Assembly: GCA_028534125.1 (NCBI GenBank)
Contig: CM052816.1
Location: forward strand, 3,536,001 to 3,600,000
From: Lama glama
Lineage: Eukaryota
Length of the DNA: 64,000 nt
Direction: 5' to 3'
Shown here: positions 11,461 to 23,344 of the stretch, piece by piece
Numbering within the stretch: position 1 is the stretch's first letter
Layout of the letters: every line of letters begins with the position of its first letter
Position numbers and translations under genes: made by a program
Notes under the pieces: generated by a model
The model's input: the letters and a program-made list of their open reading frames with translations, nothing else
The model's database searches: none
What the model was told of the DNA's origin: nothing

Positions 11461-12312
11461 ATGGACAGTAAACTCCCCATTCACAGTAGTGTTCACAAGG
11501 AGGAGGGTGTGACCAGCCTTTAGAGGAGGTGCAGAGGGGATGCCCGATTATGTGAAAGGTCAGCGTGGAGGACTTCCAGCTTCTACATTCTTGGCTTCTC
11601 CGAAACTCTCCTTTACCTTGCTTTTGTTCTGCCCCGTGGACTGGTAGTTTCAAAGACTGGGTTGGCTATCCCTCAGGGCCAAGCAGTATAGAAGTTAATA
11701 CATGTCCTGGCCTCGGATGCATATTTAATGGAGAAATCCATAATGTTTAATCCTGAAGTGAATGATTTATAGAGTTGGATTATTCACTTTGCACTAAATT
11801 AAGTTGTCTTGTTTAGCCCAAACAAGGCTTCCTGACAGGATTGTCGTCATAGCCTTGGCTGAGTAATGCATTTCTTAGCCAAGATGAATTACTGATTAGA
11901 CCTTTGTATCATCTGCCTGGCAGATGAAGGAAAGCTGTTTAATTTTAGAGATGTTTGTATTCAGACATATGTGCACACAAGAAGTTTTGATACCGTACTT
12001 TAACGCTCCATCTTTTGACCATCCCATGAGTATTTACGGAAACTGGATCTGAGCTACAGCACGGTGTTGGGTCCTTTTTAGGCCCAAATGAGTAATAGTC
12101 CCCATCTGTGGATATAAATGTTCTCTCTCCTTTTGTTGTTATAATTATATACGTTTTAGGTCCAGATGTTTAATTTCTTTTTTTAAAAAAACAGGAAATT
12201 TTCTTTTCAAATCAACTGACATATGAATTACATAATAATGATGACTTAACACTTGTATGATGTGTTTAATTTTGTAAAATGTTTTTATGTCAATTTCCTC
12301 CACGTGGAATAG

Positions 12313-12537
12313 TTAATTAACACTTAGCGTGCACCGAACACTTTGCTAGGAACATTCCATGGGTCATATTTAATTCTCACAACCCCCAACAAACTAGCTA
12401 CTATTATTATCTTCATTTTATAGTTGAAGAAACTGAAGCGTTGGAAGGGTAACTAGCTTATTCAGAACCACACGCACAGAGCCAGGCTGTAAACCCAGGT
12501 GTTCTGACCCTGGAACTCAAGCTTTTAACCCATATCC
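12313..12537 (-). mobile_element. MIR SINE
   Basis: atttaattctcacaacccc...tattattatcttcattttatagttgaagaaactgaag...cagagccaggctgtaaacccagg. Confidence 0.85.
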
Positions 12538-13383
12538 TAAGCAGACTCTGTACAACCCTGTGGTTATTAAAAATGTAATACGGCCATCTGCACGGGAATC
12601 TCGAATTCTCCAGGGATCTTTTTGAAGTCATGGCATTATTATCCCCATTTATTGGAGGAAGAAAGTAAAACACAGATAAAAATGACATGAGAAGTAGTCA
12701 CACTGCTTTATATTTGTTCTAATTCCTTTTATCAAGAGAAATCAAAGTATTATCTGTAGATTAGATAGCACTTTTGCTGAGGCAAGAAATTGTTCTTTTG
12801 AGTCCCTTTGCAATACTTGATACAGTTACAATGGAAATAAAATTTAAACAGTAAGTGCAAATGTAAAAAAAAATCAAAGTATTTCATTTTCTCTAAATCA
12901 GACTCTAAACCTTTAACCTGGGAGGCTGCAGGGAGAGTAGATTTCAGTCATTCGTGGAGGCTCCCCTCTCCTCCCCAGGGGTCACATCCAAGTTCTGGAG
13001 GCATGAGTGGTTGCCAGAGAGTGGAGGGAAGATTCCTTTATTTTCAGTCCATCACAGCCTCCACTGAAGTGTCCATTAGCAAGCCCGAGCTGGGGGAGTG
13101 GGGTCTCTTGAAGACAAACCAAATGTCTCAGTTGCTTTTGTGCAAAGCATGTTCCCAGGAATATTTGTTTATACAGGTGAAATCTCCATGACTAGGGTCC
13201 AGCCCCACCCCGAGCACCCCCCAGGCAGCTGCCCCCCTCTCTAAGAACAGGCCACGTCTCTTAAAGGTCTCCGCTACTCTGTGGGTTACCTCCATCTCCT
13301 GCCCATCCTCTGGGCAGCTCCTCTTTTCCTCTTGCCTCCACCTTCCTGTTGCATTGGCACTGCCCTCTCTCTGCTCTTCTTAC

Positions 13384-13415
13384 CACCCTCCAAGTTTGCC
13401 AACAAGCACAGGATC
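13384..13415 (-). other. Candidate 32-nt exon on - strand (splice motifs only)
   Basis: The - strand reads ccatccttcctctctgtctttcag|GATCCTGTGCTTGTTGGCAAACTTGGAGGGTG|gtaaga. Confidence 0.3.
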
Positions 13416-14544
13416 CTGAAAGACAGAGAGGAAGGATGGTCTGAGGACAACTTCTGCTCTTAACTTGGCAACGCAAACTTTCCCCAGAAGTCTGGAAGCC
13501 CAAAGATCACACCACATGGTCTGGGTGTCCTGGTGAGACAGATAGGAATTACAAAACACCAGCTACATCCCAGTAAACATACTGCCATATGATGGTCTCC
13601 TTTCACCCCCTTCTCAAAGGAGAGAACCAGCCAAAGGGCCGTGATTGAGTCCTGCACTTCTCTCCCATGTCCAGAATACTGGTTTCAAGCCCAGATGCTG
13701 TTCTTTTAACAGGGATGGGCGCCTCCTGCACAGATTGCAAACACTGCCTTAGGAGGAACTGGCGATGCTTACTTAGTGAACAAAAGCTAGAAGAGTGCTG
13801 AGGGGCTGGACAAGGAAGCACCGGCCCCAGCAGCTAGAAATGACCAGAAAGCAGGGCTGTGCCCTGTAACTTCAGCGAACATTTTAGAGAGCAGGTGGAC
13901 TGAGCTGACGGCCAGTGGGTTTCCTATTAGTGGTGATAATCAGAGCCTGAAAGAGAATATGTCAGGGTATTATAAAAGGGGTACGTTAAATATAATTGGG
14001 GGGTCCCTGAACTTTAAGGCAAACTGAAGGAGACATTTTACTCTGGGATTCTGTGTTAAGACTAATCAGCTGTGCTTCAGGCCACCGTGGCTTGTGGAAA
14101 ACCAAGATGCTTATTACTACGTGACATACCAGAAAAGCTAAATGTTCATCTTCGCAGACTCTTTGGGGGTGTGTGTGTGTGTGTTCCTTCTTTCTGGGAG
14201 AGAGCTGCTATCTGCAGGAAAGTTAGACTTCCAGACATCTGTGTCTTTAGACTTCCTATGCGGACTCCCTGAAGCAGAGTTCAGGGAATGCAGCCCAGCT
14301 GGCCCCCAGTAAATGCAGGGTCTTCTGGCAGAGTGATGGGCTGCTGAGCAAAAGCACAGAAGTCACAAAGGCCAAAAGAAGCTCTGGCAAGAGGGCCTCG
14401 TGGAATCCAGGGGTCCGTGAAGGGGAGAAGTGGGTGGGCATTCCTATCTGTGATCTGGGACCTCTTAGTGGACGTTCTCCGTCTCGCTGATGGAACTGTA
14501 GGCTGTCAGTGCCGAGGTGGGAACTTAGAGGACGGCCTATTTCT

Positions 14545-14660
14545 AAAGTCTCGATGTTACCCGCGGGGTAAGTGAGATCCGGAAAGGGCAGAGAACCTGC
14601 CTGATGAGACCTAAGAGCAAGCTGGTGACTGCACCTGGAACAGAGCCTTCCTCCCCGGGG
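14545..14660 (-). mobile_element. MIR fragment (GC-shifted)
   Basis: gttacccgcggggtaagtgagatccggaaagggcagagaacctgcctgatgagacc...gctggtgactgcacctggaacagagcc follows the antisense MIR core. Confidence 0.55.
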
Positions 14661-14827
14661 TGCTGGGTGAACTGGGGGCGCTGCACCTCTCTGCGGGAAT
14701 TTCTTCCCAAAGCATCAGTGTCAGGCCAAGATGTAAGAAAGTTAAATTTCGAAAATTTTGTAAGACTGGGCTGCCAAGGCAGGGACTCTCCTCCTTTGTA
14801 TTAGCTGCAGCAAGCATTTCTCATTAG

Positions 14828-14985
14828 TGCTACTCAACCTTCGAGCTCCTTAAATGTGTATGTGCATATGAATTGCCTGAGGATCTTGTTAAAATGCAGA
14901 TTCTGTGGGTTGGGGTGGGGCCGGGTGGTCCTGCATTTCTGACCGGCCCGCAGGGGCTTCTACAGCTTCTGCGTGGCTTACTGGT
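14828..14985. mobile_element. MER5-type MITE
   Basis: gtgcatatgaattgcctgaggatcttgttaaaatgcagattctg...ggggtggggcc...ctgcatttct. Confidence 0.8.
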
Positions 14986-15181
14986 GTGGGAGGTTGGGGG
15001 GGGCTGCAACCAGAGCCCAGGCTCGGCCTTGAGTCCCGGCGAGGACCAGCTGCCCCACATCTGCCTCTTTATCACCTGCACCTGGCAGACCACCTGGGTC
15101 AGGGCGGCGGGGATCCCGCGGGAACTCGTTATCGGGAGAACGAGGCGGGGCCTTCCTTTCAGTTGGCTTCCCTTCCTGCAG

Positions 15182-15220
15182 GGAGCTGCCATGTTGGTGC
15201 AAGTTCTGAAGAAGCTCCAG
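15182..15220 (+). other. Candidate exon (39 nt if internal, or the 3' end of a first exon) with ATG and strong donor
   Basis: cttcccttcctgcag|GGAGCTGCCATGTTGGTGCAAGTTCTGAAGAAGCTCCAG|gtaagg. ATG at 15191 in a GCC context gives MLVQVLKKLQ; protein not recognised. Confidence 0.5.
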
Positions 15221-15964
15221 GTAAGGCACCGTTGCTTTTGGCTCCTCCTGCGGTTTAACTCTACAGTCTCTCGGACGCTGTGGCTTAGTGATGTTGGTTG
15301 CGTGGAATCAGGGCAAAATCTCGGATGGAGGCTTTGGGGGCGTCCTCGCTGCTCTGTACAAGCCAACTGAGTGTGTCGGACCGGCACACTATTAATACCC
15401 GCCCTTCCCCATCTCTGCCCACCTTCCACCCTACCAAGAAAACCTAGTTGAAGCTTACGGACATTTGTTCTGAGAATTTCATTATCATCCCGCCATTCAT
15501 AATTCACCACTTAACCTCTGTGGATGGCGGGAAGTGCGATTTTGAACATTCTCACTGGAATAAAATCACAGGGTTAATCAGCTCTGCTCTTTGTGGGTAA
15601 TTGGAAAAATGGTCTCCCGGTAACAAGCCATTAGCAGAAAACTTTTTTTTTTTTTTAACCAATTTCCATAGAAGAGAAGTCAAGTAGTGACTGGAATAAT
15701 TTCGTTTCGAGTTTGGTTTCCCCTGATTGTGCACAACTGGGGCAAACCTGCGGGCACTGCTGAGGTTGACCGCTTAGGATGTAGAAACAGCGTTCAGCCA
15801 GAGCTATCTGAGCTACACGCAAGCGTCCGGGCCCCTCTCCTGGCTGAAAGAGTGGACTCTGTTGCGCGTTTTTCTTCTTTGCTGACCTGAGAGGATTGTG
15901 GTGCGCCCAATACCAGCGTGCACAGATCAGTGTTGAACGGTGCTCGGCTGAGAAGCCATCATTT

Positions 15965-16149
15965 TTATTGATTTATTTTGAGGAAAGGTGGGTTTGTCTG
16001 GAGAGAGAGGTGCACTGCATGGAGTGTTGGCCGTTTCCGAAGGCGGAAGGCCACGAGGTGTGGGGGATGGGCGCACAGGTGGAGGCAGCAGTAGACACGC
16101 ACGCCATAGGCTGAGCGCGGGCCGTCTCCCGAGAGGCGGGAGCGGGAAA
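15965..16149 (-). mobile_element. Retroposed ERV1-LTR R-region copy with poly(A) remnant and TSD
   Basis: Colinear with ~4455-4627 of the solo LTR. T-rich tail at 15962-15979. Flanked by ggctgagaagccatcattt (15946-15964) and ggccgagaagccctgattt (16150-16168). Confidence 0.75.
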
Positions 16150-16959
16150 GGCCGAGAAGCCCTGATTTAATAACGCACCGCAAATTGGTAGGCGTTTAGG
16201 AAGTTTCCCAGTATCTTTAACGCGCAGTTTTAAGGGGCGGAGTGGGAGAAGTGGAAGGAAGCTCGTGCTTCCCCGAAGCTAGATGAACCTGATCAGGCTC
16301 CAACTTTGGGGTGTCCTTGAGTCTTCTAGAACCTTCTACGGAGAGGAGCTGTTTCTCCCAAACTGGGGGCTGTGAAGGCAGAGGGGAACCAAGAAGGCTC
16401 TTGTGGGGGCAGAGGAATGAACCACCAGCTTTGAAGTTCTGGGAGGTGGGCTGACGGGGCGCTCTCGTGGGGTTGAGGGCCGCCGCCCTTGCTTGGCTGG
16501 CGGCGTTCGTGAGCAGGCAGCGCCTTCTCCTCGGGAGAGGCCGGAGGGGATCGGAGTCCCCTAGCAACTGGCTGGCACTGCAGCCAAGCAACCCAAGTAC
16601 GACGGGAAAGAGTTTGCTGAGGGAGGGAGGCTGGGAATACATAAAGCCGTTTCCAGGCTTGGACCACTGAGCAGGGCTGCTCCAAAGCGCCATGTGCCTT
16701 GTGGTTTTTTTTTTTTTTTTTTGCAGGAGGTTACATAATGTTTAGTTTTGCAGATGAATGTGCTCTGTTTCTATACCTTATATAGAGTTAAAGGGGTCTG
16801 GAGCCTGGTGGGAATTCAGTGACTTTTAGCTGATTCTCGGGTTCTGTGTTTCTGATACAAGTTCACCCTCGTGTCCTGCTGCTGCTGCTGCAAACAGCTC
16901 TGTTCCAAATGCCGTTCTTGGAAGCCAGCGTGTTCCAAACAGCATCTTCTCCTCTTGCT

Positions 16960-17320
16960 TCTGCTTCCAGGGCTTCTTTGTATCCATCATCTCACAAACC
17001 TACTGCCTGGGCCGCTTCAGGCCCTCATTATCCCCTGTGTATCACCTGAGCCTCCCAACTGGTTTCTCTGCCTATGGTGTTCCCCGCCCCACCGCAACTG
17101 ATTCATCAAAGGCCAGTGCTTCCAGGGAACTGTTTAAACCACAACTCCAGTGAAGGCCCTCACTTTCTTCAAAACCTTTGATGGCTCACGTTGCCCAGGG
17201 ATACCATCGCCATGTCTTAGCTGGACATCTCATGGGTTCTGTGGGCTGTACGTCCACCCTCCCCTCCCCTCCCCTTCCCGTGCACCTTTTACCATTTCCC
17301 ACCAGTCTGTCACTCTGCCC
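16960..17320 (+). mobile_element. L2 fragment
   Basis: caggccctcattatcccctg...gcctcccaactggtttctctgcct...ttcaaaacctttgatggctc. Confidence 0.65.
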
Positions 17321-18104
17321 ACATGGTCAGAATAGAGGCCAGAATCCAGGTCCTCGTCACTGCTTTTCTAGTTTCTCTCACTGCTTTTCATCCTACGAGA
17401 CAGATAATTTCCAAAACAAGCTCTACATCTTTAATAAGTCAGAATACAGGAGGATGGGCATTTCTTCAGTTAATTGCATTTCATGTATCATTAAAATTTT
17501 CTTCTTCCCTTGACCCACCCTCAAACCACAAATCTGTCTTCTGGATTTTGTGGTTAACGATCTTTCCAAATGTTCATTTCTACTCTCGGAGCATTTGCTA
17601 AGATAACTAAGAGGAAATGTTATTATAACAACTTTCTAAACCTCACTGATCACCAGAGAAGACTCTATGTGGAGAAAACTTTGAAGTGATTAGGGTAACA
17701 GTGGCCTGACCACCTTGACATTTCCTTTTTAGATCAGTTATGTGGGATGGTCATATTTTCTTGCAGTGTACCTCCCTCTCTGAACCAAGAAGATCCACCT
17801 TTAAGGCATGGTGAATAGGGGCCTTGGAAATCCTGAATTCCTGTAGCCTTGTGTGGAAGAGAGAAAGGAGAGAGAGAATTGTTGAGCTAACACTTTAAAA
17901 CAAAAAGACAGGCCTAACATTCATGCCTCTTTGAGACTTTAAAGGTCAATTAATGCAAAAAAAAAAAAGCAAACCCACAAAAAACAAACAGGTGCTCACA
18001 TACATGCCATCCATCCAAGAAACGCCCTTTCAGGGACACTTTTTCTTATTTGTTGCATTTTTGCAGTTTTGTCAAAGCAAACCAGAGCTGGACAAGTTGG
18101 TATT

Positions 18105-18417
18105 TAGAGTCAAGGGGCCAGGTAGGGGCCAGTGGATGGGAAATTACTAATCGGAAACATCAGGGGTGAAGGGAGGTCTCTGGCTCAGCCAATTTCACAG
18201 GATTCTTGCTGAAGGCAGGCCAGAGTGATCAGTTAACAGCTGGGGGCTGGAAGAGGATGAACAATTTGATCAGATATGAGTTATCCTCAGAGGACAGAGG
18301 ATTCCCAGTGAAATAGCTAGGCTCTTGCTCTTTAGAACAAGGTCCAAGGATGAGGCCTAGTTGACAGCGTCTTAGAGGACCTTGAGTAAATGTTGGTTAA
18401 GGAGAGAGTATTTGTCA
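18105..18417 (-). mobile_element. MER31-type ERV1 LTR fragment
   Basis: caggattcttgctgaaggcaggccagagtgatcag...tttgatcagatat...gaggcctagttga...ggttaaggagagagtatttgtca. Confidence 0.8.
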
Positions 18418-20979
18418 GTTTCTCGCCTTTTTTGCCCACAGTGTTTCTGATGACTTTTCTTCCAAAATGTCTTCTTCTCTGCCCTTCATTTTCCTTAAAC
18501 AGTGGACCTACTTGCATATATTTGTATTTTATGTATGTCTATTTTATATTTATATATATGGAAAAGCTTGGTGTCCTAAGGCTTTGCCGGGGTCTTAAAG
18601 GGAATACAAAAAGGATTTTCTCTTGCTTGAGATTTTCATTATTTGGGGTTGGAGGACTTGAGATCTTTATTATTAGTTAAAGGATTTTGGAGCTGAACTG
18701 ATTGAAGTTTATTCACTTACGCTTTGAAAACACTTGTCTGCACACTCTGGCAAGCCTTGCAAAATACGGTCTTCCACTCCTTTACCATCCGCAGTTTGCA
18801 GCCAGACAACAGCCTTCTCCCCGGTCATTTTGCCTCTTGAGGATGGAGGCCGGGCCTTGGGAAGAGGAGAATGAAACAGTGGCGTGGACTGAGCGGTGAC
18901 CCCATGTTGAAGCAAACCAAAGCGATACCAGGAGCTTATTTCCAAATCCCTCGCCGTGTGCGGCTCTCCATCCTCAGAGGGGAAATAATTGAGCTGAAGA
19001 TCTGTTGCATTGATTTTTGTCTGATGCAGTTATTTTGATTTGCATTCTAAGTTGTTTTTTCCACAACCGGAAAGTTTTTACTTGGCCAGCGTGCTTCATG
19101 AGAAAGAACTGGAGGCGAGTTAGAGGGTGTGGGGAAAGGGAGTTAACGCTTTTCTCTCCTGTGTAATGTTCCCAACTGTGACACCAGATTTATAACTCAG
19201 TCACTTCTAGGCACTTCTCTTGGGGTTTTACTTTTTCTCATGGGGATAACTGATATTTATATGCAAAGTAGTTTAAAATAGTTATGACTAGCTTTAAGGC
19301 ATGCCAGATAATTGCATTTTTTTTTTTTAGGGTTTCTCTTTTTTTTTTTCCCTTTTTCTGTCACCAATGGTGGTTTTTGTCCTCTCCTTGCTGACAGCAA
19401 ATTTTTGTATGCCTCTTCCTTGTTTGCGACAGGTATTTGTTGAAGAATGGATTTGGAGAAACACTTTGAGTAGCTCTCAGCTTTACAAAACGAGGGCACG
19501 TTGAGAGGACATCCTTGCGCTCAGTCGCCAGCATTTTTACAGGACGTGGGCTAGTTTCTCTGGTTCCCCAGGAAGATTATTGTCAAAAATAGAACAGGGA
19601 CTTTTCATAGCTCAAAACTGATCCTCTTTTGTTGAGGGGTGAGGGCAAAATTTTAATTTTAAGTGACCTATGTAATATGAAGGAAAATTAAAAAAAAATT
19701 TATCCCCAGGCAGCAAAACTACAATGGGATATTTTAGAGAAATTAAATGATACTGACCCCCTAATGAGTTCCTAATAGCACTATAACATATGAAAAAGGA
19801 AATCCTGCCATTACAACATGTTTCTTTAGAGTGTGCATATATGTGTTTTTTTTCATTTTGTCCTGATGGTTATTAACTATAAATTGGCACCCCCATGCAA
19901 TTTTACATACTGCTCTAAGTGCTTTTGGCTAAAAAGTATTTGAACTTTGGGGCCTTAGCTTTGTTCTCTTGACATTTCGGTAAACTTTTGAATAAATTGT
20001 TTTTTTTGTCTTCAAAATTCTTGTACAAGAAAAAAAGACTCTGGATTAAGAGAGAATATTGCTATTAAAATGCACTGGAGACCTGTTGTTCCACCAAACC
20101 TCTGAGAAAGTGACTGGGTGACACTCCATCATTGATCATGTGTGCTTGCCTGAAGCATGGCTCAAAGAGAGCAGATGCACTAAAAGAGGCTCATGGCTTG
20201 CTCCGAAAATACCAGAACACGGAGTCCTGAAGGCTCTGTCCTTTCTCACCTTCATACAATATTGATGGATCAGGTATGCACGAGGGTAAGGAGGAGTCAG
20301 AGACACATGAGATGCAGGCAGAGTTTTCTATCCTGGTTGCCAGGGACCCTAGGCAGGACAGCGGAATGCAAATGCTACTAACTTTAATTAATGGAGTGCA
20401 TTTCTTTTCCTTTCTGTTTATTTGCCCCTGTCAAGCCTAGTAACGGGATGTGATTGGGGAGCTGTAAGAGGCAAGGGAAGAGCAGATTGCAACGTAGTAA
20501 ATTATTACTGCTGGCTATTTAGACCTGGCCCTGTCTAAGTAGTGTAGGTCACCTAATAGGAGCCACTCACAGGAAAACATGAACATTGACTGAATACTGC
20601 TCCCAATGTCAGAAATGCTAGGATTTTATGGACCCTAGCTTCTGGAATTGCTGAACATCTTTGATCTCTGCCTTCTGGGTACACTCCCACCAGCTCATCC
20701 CTCTTCTCCCTTGAGAGCCAATGAGGAAGAATTAGAATGCTGCTTTTGGATTCTGATAGGCTATTCCTTGTCCACTAACTAATGCAAGTATGATGAGCTA
20801 CTTGTGGTAATGAAGACCTTCCTGAATACGAAAAACCTTGTTGAACTATGTTGTAAGAAGTGCAATCAAAGTATAATTGGGGGGTAATGGTTGGTACTGG
20901 TTTTAATATTAATAACTTGGTTCTAAGTTGTAAAGCTGCATCCACTGTGGAATTGAAACCCACAGTTATCAGAGATGAG

Positions 20980-21325
20980 TTAAGGTAGCATGAAGAAGGC
21001 TAGGGTTGGATGATCAAAATATGTGGCTTCGGATCCATTCCTTAGCCCTATCTTGTCATCTCGGGAAATCATGTCACATCCTGAGTCTCAATCTGTTTGT
21101 AAAATGAGAGTTTGAGAGAGGTAGTACTGGCCCCACTCTGGTTATTAGAAATGCACAGAAGTGTTTTTTTTGCTGGTTTGGTTTTTGACCATCAGTGATA
21201 ATGGGGGACTGCACTGCTGGCATTTGGCTAGGATGGTGAGTGTCTTGCAATGCAGGGAATGTGGATGCACAAAGAAAAATCTCATTTAGAATGCTAATAG
21301 TGCCCCAGCTGGGAAACAACGGTGA
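20980..21325. mobile_element. MIR fragment (~20980-21150, +) followed by MER20 (~21155-21325)
   Basis: cctgagtctcaatctgtttgtaaaatgagag (MIR); actgctggcatttggctagg...atgctaatagtgccccagctgggaaac (MER20 end). Confidence 0.65.
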
Positions 21326-22234
21326 TGATACTGACCTGGATCGGAGCCGGAATAGTCCATGAATAACAGAGCTCGTGAGAAATCGGCCTAAGGGTCGGAA
21401 GCGAGAAACCATAGTCAGAGAACTTCTTGATCTGATTTGATTTTTTAAAAATAAGGTGATTATATAAGAAATGAGAAAATAACATTTTCCAGCCAGCTTT
21501 AGAATCCCTCATCAGTTATGCTGGCCTCTAAGACATTTGTAAATCTCCCTTTCATACTTTGTTGTAATGTTTTTCAAGAAGCACTTGAGCTATTTCATGA
21601 GACACACGTAGCCACGGTAAAAGCAAAGTACTCTCACTCCCCTCAGCCCGCCCCTGCCGGCTGCGTGGAGGCTGCCCACGTCGGGCCGAACGAGGAGTCC
21701 ATTGTAAATAGCACCCTCCTGCCTCTGCATGTGGCTCAGAGATTAAATTTTTCAGGACAAGATCAAATAATGCTCTGTGAGAACAGTCACCTTGGTCCCA
21801 AAGCAACGAGTTAAATTAATATGCTCATTTTTTCCTGGAGGAATTGGACAGACCTAAGTTCAGGAATCAGAGAACGGGGAAGGTTGTTCAGAAAGGTCAG
21901 CGTCCTCATGTTAAGGGGGGGAGTGTTAGGGTATGAAGGACTTGTCTGAAATCACACGACAAGTGAATGCGCCAAGGCGGCTCCACAGGTAGCAGAAGGA
22001 GAATATCTAGGTGTTGACTAACCTTCCCTGGGTTCCTTCTTAGCAAGGTCTGATTGCAGGTGAAGCCCTAACAGCCAAGATCGGAGCGTCAAGGGCCTGG
22101 GTGCCCACCAACCCGCCCGCCCCTCGCGCACCAGCGAGCTGAATTTCCCTGGGACCAGGCTGAGGGTTGTGGAGATACTAAATGGCCCTGACTTGGTCCT
22201 CTTTTGGTGGAGATCATTGCTCAGTGGATGAAGC

Positions 22235-22720
22235 TTATTACTTTAGTCTGAATTCTTGTAAATGGCAGAAACTCAATCAGCTTAAATAGCCAGGATTTAT
22301 TGGCTGTGTGATTAGGATGGGAAGCCTTGTGAGCTGCAGGGTTCAGGGGACACCATCAGGACCCCAGCTCTCCACGTGCTTCTTTCTCCTGGGCCTCTCC
22401 CCTCACTGAAGGTGGGCTGTGTGTGTGTCTCCGTGAGCCACATTTGTCAGGAGGTTGGCTGTCCTAGACTTAGAGCCTTCTTAGTACCATTGCAGCCAAG
22501 TCTGGAGACAATAATTCTTACTCATTTCAGCAGAAGCCCTTGAGGAAAAGGTTCTGTTAGTGCCACGTTCTATCCCTGGACCAACTGTGGTAGCCTTGGA
22601 CCTAGGGCTCTCCCACTGGGTGAGAGGCTTGGCTGGTACCTCAGAGGGTAGGGGACAAGGTGGGATGTTTTGCGTTTTTCATAACCGTGGGGAAAAATGT
22701 ACTGGTCAGCCAAAACCATA
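22235..22720 (-). mobile_element. Old MaLR LTR (MLT1K/L-like)
   Basis: gcagaaactcaatcagcttaaa...ggatttattggct...tccctggaccaactgtggtagcc. Confidence 0.55.
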
Positions 22721-23079
22721 GATATTCATAGGTAAATCAAAGCCATAGTATTGAACATAGGGGATATTCATGGCTGGAGTTTAAAAATGTAGCATACGGT
22801 GTGAGGAAATGAGGGGAAACGGTATGGCGGGGGTAAGGACTTGAACCAGACTTGAATGTTCAGAAGGGAATGGATGAGGCATTTCAAGAGCTTTTGTAAG
22901 GGTCAGTGAGGGGATGGAACTGATGCATCTGAGAGTTACCACTTGGCCTTATATGGCATTCATATCCTGGCTCCTGTCTTTCTTCTAAGCACACAGTAGA
23001 TGTTCAGGAATTCTTGTCGGTTGAATGCTGACTAGCTACCGCCATTCAGTATTGTGGCTACTGCTGCAGGCTTCCAGTG

Positions 23080-23300
23080 CTGGGGCTGGTACATTATTCC
23101 TGTAAAGGGCCAGATAGTGAATATTTTTTGGATTCGTGGGCCATCCAGTATTTGTTTGAACCACTGAACTCTGCTGTTGCAGTGGGACAGCAGCCACAGA
23201 TGACAGTAAATAGACACAACGCTCATGCAGTGTTGCAGTAAAACTTTATTTACCCAACCAGGTGGTGCAGTGGGTTTGGCTTGCCATTAGCTGATCCTGG
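23080..23300 (-). mobile_element. MER58A hAT-Charlie MITE
   Basis: ctgtaaagggccagatagtgaatattttttgg...cagcagccacagatga...gtaaaactttatttac. Confidence 0.88.
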
Positions 23301-23344
23301 TTCTTACTCATCTCTCTGCTTGCAGTATTAGCAACGTTCGAGCC

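Larger units (their letters stand above)
14500..16700. promoter_or_regulatory. CpG/GC-rich promoter-like region
   Basis: CpG density is clearly above the flanks by eye. GC boxes (gaggcggggc ~15142, ggggcggag ~16234), X-box-like motifs at 15612 and 16556, and a strong 5' splice site at 15220/15221. Confidence 0.6.

Noticed and set aside
14830..15510. Longest gap-free ORFs (226 aa on -, 165 aa on +) in the GC-rich region
   Set aside because: They overlap a MER5 element, have no recognisable domain and occur in several frames at once, as expected by chance in GC-rich DNA.
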